A stretch of DNA of 64,000 nt, taken from positions 7,403 to 71,402 of the IMG/VR virus record IMGVR_UViG_3300037515_000591; one strand, 5' to 3'. Below the pieces are notes generated by a model. The model was not told the DNA's origin. It saw only the letters and a list, made by a program, of their open reading frames with translations, and searched no databases. This document shows, one piece after another, positions 52,214 through 61,412 of this stretch; position 1 is the stretch's first letter, and each line of letters opens with the position of its first letter. The DNA comes from a virus. The position numbers and the translations under genes are program-made.

Positions 52214-52962
52214 GCTGCACCCCCGACCGGACGCAGCGGCCACGAACCATCCACGACCTCGTCCGGCTTCCCGGACCGCCGGAGGAACCCCTGATAGTTC
52301 GCGGCCCACCGCTCGTGCATGGTCACCTGCCAGCCGTGCAGCACCCGGGCCGGAACCTGAAGTTGCTCATGCCGCTCGGCGATCGCCAGGGCCACATCGA
52401 GCGAGGCCTTCGCGTCCGCGTCCGCCTGGTGCGCGCCGGTCAACGTGACGCCGTAGTGCGCAGCGAGGGATTCCAGGTTCCGGCGGCCCTTGCGGTACTT
52501 GTCCGCAGCCCGGTCCAAGACAAGTGGATCGATGACTGGGCCGATCGGGTGGCCGATGCGCTCCGCCACCGTCGGCACGCCGTGCCGCACGCACTCCGCG
52601 TCCAGCAGCGGCAGGTCGAAGGGTGCGTTCATTACCACCAGCGCCGCGCCGACTGGATCGCCGAGCGCCGTGGCGAGGGTGGCCGCGATGTCCTCCACGA
52701 CCTCCTTCGCCGGGCGCCCGTGCGCACGGGCGTGCTCGGTGGTCACCTTGTGCACGGCGGTCGCGGCCTCGGGGATGTCGACGCCGTCCGCGTCGGACAG
52801 CCATGTGATGCAGCGCCCGGACGGAGTGATGAGGGCGGCGGTGACGATGCGGTCGGTGGCGGTGTTCAGGCCATTGGTCTCGCAGTCGTAGCTCGCGAGT
52901 GGGCCGCGGTGCCAGGGGACTTCGACGTGCCCGGTGAGGTCGGGCTGCACGGCGGCAGTCAC
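52210..52962 (-). CDS. DnaQ-like 3'-5' exonuclease (DEDDh)
   Basis: Motifs SYDCETNGL, VVMNAPFDLPLL and HQADADA. Confidence 0.8.
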   Translation of the reverse strand: MTAAVQPDLTGHVEVPWHRGPLASYDCETNGLNTATDRIVTAALITPSGRCITWLSDADGVDIPEAATAVHKVTTEHARAHGRPAKEVVEDIAATLATALGDPVGAALVVMNAPFDLPLLDAECVRHGVPTVAERIGHPIGPVIDPLVLDRAADKYRKGRRNLESLAAHYGVTLTGAHQADADAKASLDVALAIAERHEQLQVPARVLHGWQVTMHERWAANYQGFLRRSGKPDEVVDGSWPLRPVGGAA

Positions 52963-53489
52963 TCGGCACCGCCAGCGGTGAGCTGGGGCAGCGCCACGGT
53001 GGCGAGACGGCCTTCACGCCAGGCGGTCATGACCTGGTCCCGGCCGTCCTTCTTGAAGCGGACAGCGTGCGTACGCGCGCGGGCCGGGGCGATTTCCACC
53101 CCGGGTACCTCATGGATGACGCCGTTCTCCGGGTCGGGCCACTCCGTGCCGCCGGCCGCCGTCAGCTCGGCGAGGATCTTCTTCTCGAAGGCGGGCTGCA
53201 CCGAGGTGACGAACTCGCGTTTGATCTCGCTGTCGTAGTTCTCCAGCACCCACGCCTTGAACTTCTCCGGGTCGGTGACCTTCGCTGCGCCCTCGCCAGC
53301 GGAGAGGCTGACGGTGGCGATGTCCGGCCCGTCAGGCAGGGTGACGGCCACTTGGCGGGTACCGGTCTCCTCCGCGGCAGTGTCGAGGAGCGACTGAGTT
53401 TCGGCGCGGGCCTCCTTGTACGCGTCGTTGACGACGTCGAGGAGGGTCTTCAGGTACGCCTCGCGGGCGGCGGCCTCTTTCAGGCTCAT
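52959..53489 (-). CDS. hypothetical protein
   Basis: 176 aa, adjacent to RecT. Confidence 0.6.
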   Translation of the reverse strand: MSLKEAAAREAYLKTLLDVVNDAYKEARAETQSLLDTAAEETGTRQVAVTLPDGPDIATVSLSAGEGAAKVTDPEKFKAWVLENYDSEIKREFVTSVQPAFEKKILAELTAAGGTEWPDPENGVIHEVPGVEIAPARARTHAVRFKKDGRDQVMTAWREGRLATVALPQLTAGGAE

Positions 53490-53559
53490 GTGCTGTGGTC
53501 TCCTTGCTGGGCGGGGCCGCCCCCGTTTCGGGCGGGGACGGCCCCGTGCTGGTCGTGGA

Positions 53560-54681
53560 TCAGGCGGCTGAGCCGGTCAAGATGGCGGTCATCTCGCGCA
53601 TCTGCTGGGCGCCGGCCTGGGCGATGGGCAGGCCGTAGGAGCGCTCGAACTCGGCGTCCAGTTCGGTGAGTCCGGCCTTCGCGGCGGCGGCGCGGAGTTC
53701 CTGCTCGGCGGCCGCAGCGGCGTCCTCCGTGGTGATGGCGCCCTCGGCTGCGGCCGCGTCGGACATGGAGTACGGCGCCGGTCCGCCGGTCTCGACGACC
53801 TCGCCCTCCACCACCTCGGCGTCGTCGCCCTGCGCCTGCTCGGCGGCGGCCTTCTGCTTGCCGACGTCGGCGATCTGCGCGAGGTACTCCGGGCGCGCGG
53901 CCTCGCCCTTGGCGTCCTGCCAGATCTGCCGCACCGTGGCCGCGTCCGGGGCGGCGTGCGCCTCGTGCAGGTAGTCCCGCCCTGCGGGAGTCAGCGACTC
54001 CGGCGGCACATCCGCCGTGCCCGCCCGGACGGTCTCCGCGGGAGTCGCCCACTGGTCGGTCTGGCCCTGCTCGACACGGCGCAACTGCTGCACCTGCGCC
54101 TCGACCGGCTCACCGTCCTGATTGACGATGGCGCCCAGCTCTTCAGGCGTGTAGTGCAGGCCGAACAGCACGTCCTCACACGCGTCCCGCGCCACCTCAG
54201 TGATCGCACGCGCCTTCAACATCGCGGCCGGGTACTTCTCCCACGCGGTGGGCTTCCCATTGCGGTCACGCGCCCACGGCTTGCCGCTCTTCACCTGGCA
54301 CAGTCCGGCCTGCTCAGCGCGCTCCAGCGTCCACGTGCACTCGTACGTGAAGTCCGGGTCGTCAGCGCGGACGATCTGCGCGGTGGCCGTCGTCATCCCG
54401 TCACTGCGAACGCGGAGCTTGTGGCCGGCCTGCCGCACGAGGCCACCGATCAGCCCGGACGATGCGGACGGTTTCCCCTCGATGACGTGGATGCCGGTGA
54501 TGGCGGCGATCGGGGTGATGCCCAAGGTCCTGCCGTACTCGACGGCGTAGAGGACGTTGGCGGGCTTCCCGACGAACTGACGCGGCAGGAGGTCGGCGTC
54601 GGCGAGGAGTTGGGCGAAGCGGACGGCCCCGTCGAGGGTGGCCGGTGCTGAGCCCTGGTGCTTGACGATCTCGGTGGTCAC
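53560..54681 (-). CDS. recT: RecT-family single-strand annealing recombinase
   Basis: LLPRQFVGKPANVLYAVEYGRTLGITPIAAITGIHVIEGKPSASSGL. The start is GTG 54681 (GTGA overlap). Confidence 0.85.
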   Translation of the reverse strand: MTTEIVKHQGSAPATLDGAVRFAQLLADADLLPRQFVGKPANVLYAVEYGRTLGITPIAAITGIHVIEGKPSASSGLIGGLVRQAGHKLRVRSDGMTTATAQIVRADDPDFTYECTWTLERAEQAGLCQVKSGKPWARDRNGKPTAWEKYPAAMLKARAITEVARDACEDVLFGLHYTPEELGAIVNQDGEPVEAQVQQLRRVEQGQTDQWATPAETVRAGTADVPPESLTPAGRDYLHEAHAAPDAATVRQIWQDAKGEAARPEYLAQIADVGKQKAAAEQAQGDDAEVVEGEVVETGGPAPYSMSDAAAAEGAITTEDAAAAAEQELRAAAAKAGLTELDAEFERSYGLPIAQAGAQQMREMTAILTGSAA

Positions 54682-55172
54682 GTGCGGTCCTTCCGGGTGG
54701 TGTGGGAGGCGCGGGTGTAGAACCTCACGCCGGCGGTGTCGTGTTGGGTGATGGCGCCGGAGTCGCGGAGGGTCGCGAGGTCGTGGCGTGCCGCACGGAC
54801 GTCGAGCCCGGTCAGGCCGTTGCGCTGGTACCAGGCGACGACGTCGCCGGACTTCCACCGGCCGCCGAGGTCCATTTCGTGGAGGAGTCGGGCGCGGCGG
54901 TTGGTGTCGGTGGGAGTGGCCGTCGGCGCCTGGGCGCTGGCCTCCTCCCCAGCCGTGGCACGCAGTCCGTCGGCGAGCTTCCGGCCGATGCAGGTGTCGC
55001 AGCCGCCGCAGTCGCAGGTGTCGTCGTTGCCGACGAACGCCGCGGCCTCGTGCAGGACCTCGGCGCGGTGGGCGTCGACGAGCTGCTCGGCGTGAGCCAC
55101 GTCGTGGAGGGTGGCGATTCCACCCAGGCTGTCTTCGGAGAGCGCGGCGATGATCTGACGACGGACGCTCAT
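54678..55172 (-). CDS. hypothetical protein
   Basis: ATGA overlap start. Contains CDCGGCDTC. Confidence 0.5.
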   Translation of the reverse strand: MSVRRQIIAALSEDSLGGIATLHDVAHAEQLVDAHRAEVLHEAAAFVGNDDTCDCGGCDTCIGRKLADGLRATAGEEASAQAPTATPTDTNRRARLLHEMDLGGRWKSGDVVAWYQRNGLTGLDVRAARHDLATLRDSGAITQHDTAGVRFYTRASHTTRKDRT

Positions 55173-55654
55173 GCCGTCCGCCGATCGGTCTGCTCCGGCA
55201 GCGGGTTCGCGGCGAGGTGCTTGCGGGTGGCCCGCATCGACGGATGCTTGATCTCCGACGCACACCGCGCACGCTCCGCATGCACCAGCGCATCCGTGGC
55301 CTTCTTCACCGCGGCCTCCTGCTCCTGCGCCGCCTCCGCCAACGGATGACCCAGCCGAGCCATCCGCCCAGCCACACGCATCGCCTGTGGCCCGCTCAGC
55401 GAGACCCGCGTCGACATGCGCTCCACCAGCAGCTCCGTCAGCCGCTCGAACCCGAGACGCTCCGGGGCATGCCCGTCGTGACTGGTCGGCTCCTGGTCGG
55501 CGACCTCACAGAAGTCGTCGTAAAACTCGCTGCTCAGCAGGTCGAGGAGTTCGGCGACATTCGCATGAACCAGCGGGGTGACGTCAGCGGTCACCATCAG
55601 CGGCGTCGCATCCACGTACATGGGGCCGCGCACGGGCCCATTGGTCTCGGTCAT
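55169..55654 (-). CDS. hypothetical protein
   Basis: 161 aa. Confidence 0.6.
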   Translation of the reverse strand: MTETNGPVRGPMYVDATPLMVTADVTPLVHANVAELLDLLSSEFYDDFCEVADQEPTSHDGHAPERLGFERLTELLVERMSTRVSLSGPQAMRVAGRMARLGHPLAEAAQEQEAAVKKATDALVHAERARCASEIKHPSMRATRKHLAANPLPEQTDRRTA

Positions 55655-55992
55655 CGAAGGGTTCCCTTCGGGGAGGTGGTGAGGAGGATGAGGAGGGCGG
55701 CGGCGTCACGGCACGCTTCGCGGGCGGTGAACAGCGCGTGCCAGACCCAGGCGGCGACCGGGGCCAGGTAGTGGCGGGCGGAGGCGTACGCGCGGTTCAG
55801 GTTGTTGCCCGCGCACACAGCGCCCTCATGCACGGCCCTGGCCGTACGGCGCACCAGCGGGCGCGGGTCGAGGTCGCAGTCCAGCAGCGGCTCGAACAGC
55901 AGCAGCCACAGCAGCCAGCCAGTGGCGGTGAGGCCGGTACCGAGCGACAAGAACGCCGCCCACTCGGTGAGGTCGTGGGTCTGACCCGTCAT
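55651..55992 (-). CDS. membrane protein
   Basis: ATGA overlap start. Hydrophobic stretch WAAFLSLGTGLTATGWLLWLLLF. Confidence 0.5.
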   Translation of the reverse strand: MTGQTHDLTEWAAFLSLGTGLTATGWLLWLLLFEPLLDCDLDPRPLVRRTARAVHEGAVCAGNNLNRAYASARHYLAPVAAWVWHALFTAREACRDAAALLILLTTSPKGTLR

Positions 55993-56804
55993 TCGTCGGC
56001 CTCCGCGTCGTACTCGGAGGCGACCGTCAGCGGCGTCACCACGTAGCCGGTGCCGCGGATCAGCCCGCCGGTTTCGGCCGGGGTGATGTGCAGCTCGTAC
56101 TCGGCCTGGTCGCCGATGTCGTCGGCGGACCAGCTCAAGTGCCGGATTGACCCTGCGGGCTCCTCCTGCCGGACCTTGGCCTCGCAGTGCTCCTGAGCGG
56201 CCTCGCGGGTGGTGTACAGGCCCATGACGATCGAGTCGTGCGACGCCCGGAACACCTGACGCGGCGCGGCCTCCAGCTCGGTGACCCGAGCGATCAGCCA
56301 CTCCACCGCCGGAGTCAACGTCTCACCCAACGGGAACGGAACCTTGCGGTCCTCACCCGTCGGGGACAGCGACCCCCGCATGTTCAACGCGTCGTTCTGC
56401 AACGCAACCAGCCGCACCCGACGCCGCTCACGCTGAGCCTCCAGCTCGGCGACCCGAGCCCGCAACCCACGAACCTCCGCCAGCAGCGCAGCAAGGTGAC
56501 CGCTCACGACCACCGCCGACTTCTCCGGCATCATCGCCAGCAGGTCCAGCGTGCCAATCTCCCGCTCACGCTCCGACGTCAGCCCCAACGGCTCCGGCCC
56601 GACCGGCACCGGCAGCACATCCGCCTGCCCCTGGATCCCGTGCTCCGCCAACTCCGCGAGCGTCGCCATCCGGTACTCGGGGCACGTGCACGAGTCGGTC
56701 ACCGCGTACAGCCCGTGCCCGTCCCGCGTCACCGCCCGACGCACCCACGTCACACCGTCCTTCGTGTTCACGAACCGAGGGTCATGCGACTGAGGGGCAC
56801 TCAT
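55989..56804 (-). CDS. hypothetical protein
   Basis: 271 aa with a central coiled coil. Confidence 0.6.
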   Translation of the reverse strand: MSAPQSHDPRFVNTKDGVTWVRRAVTRDGHGLYAVTDSCTCPEYRMATLAELAEHGIQGQADVLPVPVGPEPLGLTSEREREIGTLDLLAMMPEKSAVVVSGHLAALLAEVRGLRARVAELEAQRERRRVRLVALQNDALNMRGSLSPTGEDRKVPFPLGETLTPAVEWLIARVTELEAAPRQVFRASHDSIVMGLYTTREAAQEHCEAKVRQEEPAGSIRHLSWSADDIGDQAEYELHITPAETGGLIRGTGYVVTPLTVASEYDAEADE

Positions 56805-57103
56805 GCCGACACCTCCGACGCGTCCGCGTCCAGCGCCGCCAGCAACATCCGCAACCGGACCTCCAACGTCACAGCCGCCCTGATCATGGCCTCGCGGTCG
56901 TGGATGTTCGCACCCTGCTGCACGGCCAAGTCCTCCCGCGCAAGACGCACCGCGAGGTCCAGCGGCGGCGCATACGCGTCGGACGGCAGCGGCTGATACA
57001 GCGCTTCCACCGGCGGGACGACCCTCGGCCGCGCCTGCGGCGACTCGTGCAGCGGCATGACCCCGCTACTGGTCTGGAATGATGTGGTCATTGGTGACCT
57101 CAT
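56801..57103 (-). CDS. hypothetical protein
   Basis: 100 aa. The start is uncertain. Confidence 0.5.
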   Translation of the reverse strand: MRSPMTTSFQTSSGVMPLHESPQARPRVVPPVEALYQPLPSDAYAPPLDLAVRLAREDLAVQQGANIHDREAMIRAAVTLEVRLRMLLAALDADASEVSA

Positions 57104-57179
57104 TTCTGTGGTTGAAGGGGTTGCCGGTCGAGGGCTGCTCGCGCCTGGCAGTGGGAGCGGCCCTTCGGCATGTGATGGG

Positions 57180-57368
57180 TCAGGCGGCGTCGGCCGCAGC
57201 AGCCGCCTCGGACGCCTTACGCGCCTGCAAGCGAGCCGCAGCCGGCGCGAGGATCAGACGGAGCCGACTGATCAGCTCGGGCCCTGGCTCGGGGGAGGCT
57301 TCGACGAGTTCGTGGATGTGCTCGATGACGGTGTCGCCGAGGAGCGCGCGGCGCTGTTCGCGGGTCAT
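57180..57368 (-). CDS. small hypothetical protein
   Basis: 62 aa. Confidence 0.5.
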   Translation of the reverse strand: MTREQRRALLGDTVIEHIHELVEASPEPGPELISRLRLILAPAAARLQARKASEAAAAADAA

Positions 57369-57589
57369 GCGGCGGCCTCGATGGGCACGCGCTTGATCAC
57401 GCCTCGCAGGTCGAGGTCGTACTGCTCGGCGAGGCGCATGGCCGAGTTCAGGTCGGGCTGGGCTTCGCCGCGCAGGTAGCGGGACACGGACGATTCGGCG
57501 ATGCCGGTCCGGCGGCTGATCTTGGCCTGGGTGTCGTCGCCGCGGTTCTTTGCGGCTTCGAGGAGCTTGGGTACGTCGAGACGGAACAC
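57365..57589 (-). CDS. Cro-like XRE HTH protein (first gene of the leftward early operon)
   Basis: GTG 57589 with RBS GAGGGAGGTGA. Contains TQAKISRRTGIAESSVSRYLRGEAQP. Confidence 0.7.
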   Translation of the reverse strand: MFRLDVPKLLEAAKNRGDDTQAKISRRTGIAESSVSRYLRGEAQPDLNSAMRLAEQYDLDLRGVIKRVPIEAAA

Positions 57590-57845
57590 GTAGTCACCTC
57601 CCTCGGGGGGTAGTTGGTGGGGGTCTTCTCTGACAGGGGGTGTTTCCTTGCTCACGAGGGAGACTCTTCCACATTCCTCCCTCCCTCGCAAGCAAAGTTG
57701 CAGGGCAATAGGGGGTGGTTTTATGTGAACTTTCACCTAGATGCCGGACTGACCTGCGTTAATGCAGGTGACTGGCGTGATCGCGACTCTTGCGATTCAG
57801 GGATTTTCTGGATACTCCCTAACTAGGGAGGTACAGTTTCGAGAC

Positions 57846-58295
57846 ATGACCGATGCCACGCCCCCCACGCACGCGCAGCGCTTCGCTGTAGTCGTCGTCC
57901 CAGCGGCCCAGCGTGCTGGCTACACCGGCCACGGGTCCCAAGCCCGACTCGCCCGGGATACCGGCATGTCCGAGAGCAGCATCTCCCGCATGCTCAACGG
58001 CCACGCCATCCCTGAGCTGCGATTCCTCGGCCCTCTCGCCGAAGCGATCAAGATGAGCCCCATCGACCTGCTCATTAGAACCGAGCTGATTTCTCCCGAA
58101 TCACTTCGGACACTGTCCGAAACTGATTCGTCACAGGTAGGCTCCGAGTCCACCTCCGTAGAGGACGCGGCAGAGCGGCTCGGCATCACCGACGACGTGG
58201 GCAAAATGATGTTCCGTGCAGTCGTCGACAAACTCGCCCGCCCACAAGAAGACGCCGACAACGACACCCGCGGAGGAACAGCAGCACGCATGTAA
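57846..58295 (+). CDS. CI-like XRE HTH repressor
   Basis: ATG 57846 with RBS GGGAGG. Contains SQARLARDTGMSESSISRMLNGHAIP. It is divergent from the Cro-like gene. Confidence 0.7.
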   Translation: MTDATPPTHAQRFAVVVVPAAQRAGYTGHGSQARLARDTGMSESSISRMLNGHAIPELRFLGPLAEAIKMSPIDLLIRTELISPESLRTLSETDSSQVGSESTSVEDAAERLGITDDVGKMMFRAVVDKLARPQEDADNDTRGGTAARM

Positions 58296-58308
58296 CCCGG
58301 GGGTGTGC

Positions 58309-58842
58309 ATGGATCTCACGGCCGGCAATCGGACCACCGTCACCGCAGCGGCGGTGGTCCTGGTCACAGGTCTCGCAGCAATTCTCTATGGCGTCATGCG
58401 AGGCGACCCCGCACACTCCACCGCCGGAGTCGGTCTCACCGCGACCGCACTCACACTGGTCGCCCTCACCTCGATCAGACGATGGGTCACCAACACCACC
58501 GACGAGCGCCGCCAACTGGCTGACGCCACCCAAGCAGCGCGGGACGAACGCGACGGATACTTCGCCGCCAAGGCCGTGCTGGAGAACGACCAGCAGCGGC
58601 TCATGCGCGCCGCGGCCGCCGACCGCGCCCACGCAGCGGCCACCCTGATCGTCGAACGCGGGAAGATGGCGGCAGAGTTCGAGGAGAAACGTGCCGCCTT
58701 GGTCTGTGAAACGCTGGCCGCCTATGACGACCTGATGCGCAGCCAGAAACAGAAGCCGCCTGAGCGCAGCTCCGTCATTCCGTTCCCGACTCAGCAGCCG
58801 GAGCGGGAACGCTCCCGCGGGCATAACGTGGTTGGTCCCTGA
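58309..58842 (+). CDS. membrane protein with coiled-coil tail (prophage-expressed candidate)
   Basis: Two hydrophobic helices, TVTAAAVVLVTGLAAILYGV and GVGLTATALTLVALTSI. It is located between the repressor and the integrase. Confidence 0.55.
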   Translation: MDLTAGNRTTVTAAAVVLVTGLAAILYGVMRGDPAHSTAGVGLTATALTLVALTSIRRWVTNTTDERRQLADATQAARDERDGYFAAKAVLENDQQRLMRAAAADRAHAAATLIVERGKMAAEFEEKRAALVCETLAAYDDLMRSQKQKPPERSSVIPFPTQQPERERSRGHNVVGP

Positions 58843-60316
58843 ACCCGGGCTGCCCGAAGAACCGCAGCGTGATACGGCCCGGCTCAATCGTGCGCACACC
58901 CCGGCTCCGGGCCTTGTTCAAACGGATGTTGACCACCGCACGCAACACCGTCCGCTGCTGCTCGATCGTGAACTCGTCGTCCCAGATCTCCTGAACATCA
59001 GGCCGGCCGACCAGCCGACGCACCAGCGGCGGCGCGTCCATCGCCTGAGCCTCCGCCTTAGCGGCCTCGATCTGCGGCACAAGCCGATCCTCCTGCACCG
59101 CCAGCGACGCCAGGGACAGGCGCGGCGTCACCCCGTCCTCCTTGAACGTCGCCGACATTTCCCGCGCCTCGTCCATCTGCCGCTCCAGCGCCTTCTGTCG
59201 CGCGCGTGCCCGGTCGGCCCGCTTCTCCTGCTCGTCCGACTGGAACGCCGCCACCGCAGCCCGTGAGCCCAGCCATGACACGACGGCCTCCTCGACGTAC
59301 GCGTCGAGCTTGTCCTTGTTCATCTGCGCGTCGAACCGGGTCGAGCAGCCGTAGACCAGGTAGCCGCGCGACTTCCCCACACGAAGGTGTGGGTGGTCCG
59401 GGCACTGTCCGCAGCGTGCGATCCCCGACAGCAGATGCTTCACCGCGTAGTCCCGCACCGTGTTCCGGGACTCGGCCCCGATGATCTCCTGTACCTGGTC
59501 GAAGAGTTCCTCCGGCACGATCGCCGGCCACGTCGCCTCGCCGAAGTCGCCCCCGCGGTGCAGGCGGCGCCCTTTGTAGCCGATGTTCCGCAGCATGTTC
59601 GGCAAGTGGTAGTAGTCCCACTCCACTCCGGGCGTGCGTTCGCCGCGCGACTTGAGGTCCTGGAGGATCGAGTACTCGGTCTCGCCTGCCGCGACGCGCT
59701 CGAACACCTCCAGCACGGTGGGCCCTTGCTCGGGGTGGGGGTACTGCTCGATGAGGTCGCCGGTCTCCGGGTCGTAGCGGCGGCCGTACCCGTACAGCAG
59801 GCGCCCGTGGGGGAGGCCCTTCTTAGCCTGTGCGCGGGTGGAGCGCAGGACGCGGTCGCGGATGCCTTCGGCTTCGTCTTCGGCGGCGATGGCGTCCTGC
59901 GCGGTGGCTTTGCGGTCTTCGCGCTTGGTGAGGTCGTAGACCTGGCCGTTGTAGCAGAGCAGCACGTTCGCGGCCATGCACGCGTTGCGCAGGCGGATGT
60001 ATGCCTCGATGTCGCGGTAATAGCGGGAGGCTTCGAAGGCTACGACGATGCGGCCCTTCTTCGCTTCGATGGCGGCGATGAGGGCTTCGAAGTCGTCGCG
60101 GGTTCGGCGCGCGTGGCGGGACGCGGAGCGGTCGATGTCGCGGAAGGTTTCGGCTACGGGCCATCCGTTGGCGTCGCAGAGTTCGTGCCCGGTGTCGAGT
60201 TGGTCGCCGACGCTGCGGCCCTTTTTGCGGGGGTCGCGCGAGGCGCGGCCGTAGAGCAGGGCGTAGAAGACCGTGTCTGGGTAGACCAGGTGGAGGTACT
60301 CGGGCGCGATCGGCAT
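58775..60316 (-). CDS. int: large serine recombinase (integrase)
   Basis: The N-terminal resolvase-type domain has ALLYGRASRD, with a recombinase domain and a zinc-ribbon region (CGQCPDH...YGCS). 513 aa. Confidence 0.9.
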   Translation of the reverse strand: MPIAPEYLHLVYPDTVFYALLYGRASRDPRKKGRSVGDQLDTGHELCDANGWPVAETFRDIDRSASRHARRTRDDFEALIAAIEAKKGRIVVAFEASRYYRDIEAYIRLRNACMAANVLLCYNGQVYDLTKREDRKATAQDAIAAEDEAEGIRDRVLRSTRAQAKKGLPHGRLLYGYGRRYDPETGDLIEQYPHPEQGPTVLEVFERVAAGETEYSILQDLKSRGERTPGVEWDYYHLPNMLRNIGYKGRRLHRGGDFGEATWPAIVPEELFDQVQEIIGAESRNTVRDYAVKHLLSGIARCGQCPDHPHLRVGKSRGYLVYGCSTRFDAQMNKDKLDAYVEEAVVSWLGSRAAVAAFQSDEQEKRADRARARQKALERQMDEAREMSATFKEDGVTPRLSLASLAVQEDRLVPQIEAAKAEAQAMDAPPLVRRLVGRPDVQEIWDDEFTIEQQRTVLRAVVNIRLNKARSRGVRTIEPGRITLRFFGQPGFRDQPRYARGSVPAPAAESGTE

Positions 60317-60427
60317 GCGTTGAGCGTAGCGCTAGACACATCTCTCTCGTAGAGGTTGTCAGGCGCAAAGGTCGGCCAGAGGGGTGGGTTACGGTTAGGG
60401 ATCTTCGCTGATCAGCGTGGCGGCAGG
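60317..60427. other. probable prophage-host junction region (attachment-site half)
   Basis: A non-coding gap directly upstream of int, where serine-integrase phages usually carry attP. It contains TAGCGCTA at 60326-60333. The core was not identifiable. Confidence 0.3.
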
Positions 60428-60652
60428 CTACTGCTGTGATCTGGGGCTGGCCTGGCTGATCTCGTCGACGAGGAGCAGCATGTCGTCCAGGCGGCCGCGG
60501 AGTCTTTCGACTTGGAGGATGAGCCCGCCGTGTGGCAGTTGCGCGAGGTCTGCGGCGCGGGCGGTTTCGAGGTCACGCCGGGCGAAGTCGAGGCGTGCGG
60601 CTTGTTCGTTGGTGAGGGTGCGGCCCTGTGTGGGGTCGGGCTGCTCGGTCAT
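60428..60652 (-). CDS. hypothetical helical protein
   Basis: 74 aa ORF with coding-like composition. Confidence 0.5.
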   Translation of the reverse strand: MTEQPDPTQGRTLTNEQAARLDFARRDLETARAADLAQLPHGGLILQVERLRGRLDDMLLLVDEISQASPRSQQ

Positions 60653-60885
60653 CCGGTGGTCCGCCTAGGGCTGGGTCCGTCTCGGGTGCGCGGGGTTGCG
60701 CGCCCGGTACGTGGGGGGTGCAAGCAATCGTTGGGGTGAAGCTTGCGTTATTCAATGATCAACAAGGGGTGTCACTCGAACGAGCGTTTTATCCGCAGGG
60801 GGGTTGCTGATCCACGCCGACCCGCACTCAGAAATGTACCAAGCATGGTACAGACAATGATCAGTGGTCCCACCAGCGTTGACGG

Positions 60886-61119
60886 GTGCCAACCGATCCC
60901 CTGCCCGACCGGGTACTTCGAAGCCGTCGAGCCATCGGGGACAACGTCCGGGCCGAACGCACACGCCAAAAGCTGACACAAGAGCGACTCGCCGAACGGG
61001 CTGGTCTCGACCGGAAGACCATCAACCGAGTCGAGCAGGCCACCCATGCGACGAGCATCGATCACCTGCTCCTCATCGCCGACGCCCTCAACGTTCCGCT
61101 CGCGGACCTTGTGCGTTGA
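60886..61119 (+). CDS. XRE-family HTH regulator
   Basis: Contains LTQERLAERAGLDRKTINRVEQATHATSIDHLLLIADAL. The start is uncertain. Confidence 0.65.
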   Translation: MPTDPLPDRVLRSRRAIGDNVRAERTRQKLTQERLAERAGLDRKTINRVEQATHATSIDHLLLIADALNVPLADLVR

Positions 61120-61206
61120 CGAGCGGCCGCCCCGCTACGGGGGTGAGGGCGGCCGCCCCCTTCCCGCAGCCCGGTGGCATATCAGCAGAGGCCGGGCCCC
61201 GGGGGT

Positions 61207-61365
61207 CTATGAACGCGCAGCCTGATAGGCGCGCCACAACTCCGTGGCCGTCTCGCACCGCGTCTCACCATGCCCGCAGTCCACGCAGCCAGTGGCATGG
61301 CCGAGGTAAGCGCGGTACGCGGCCATCATCCGGTTGTACGCGCCGTTGCTCGCGACGCGTTGCAT
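61207..61365 (-). CDS. small Cys protein
   Basis: MQRVASNGAYNRMMAAYRAYLGHATGCVDCGHGETRCETATELWRAYQAARS. Confidence 0.4.
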   Translation of the reverse strand: MQRVASNGAYNRMMAAYRAYLGHATGCVDCGHGETRCETATELWRAYQAARS

Positions 61366-61412
61366 GCGGCCGGAACTGCTGCCACTGTCACGCCACTGCC
61401 ACCCGCTGCTAC

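Larger units (their letters stand above)
1..60400. mobile_element. integrated temperate siphovirus-like prophage (partial; continues left of the window; right end near the serine integrase)
   Basis: Contiguous HK97-type morphogenesis genes, recombination and replication genes, a CI/Cro-like switch, and a large serine integrase at 58775-60316. Genes right of about 60.4 kb look non-phage. Confidence 0.75.

Noticed and set aside
60317-60885. tRNA or tmRNA gene as integration target next to the integrase.
   Set aside because: I could not build a cloverleaf (no acceptor or T-arm pattern). Large serine integrases also usually target protein-coding or intergenic sites rather than tRNAs.
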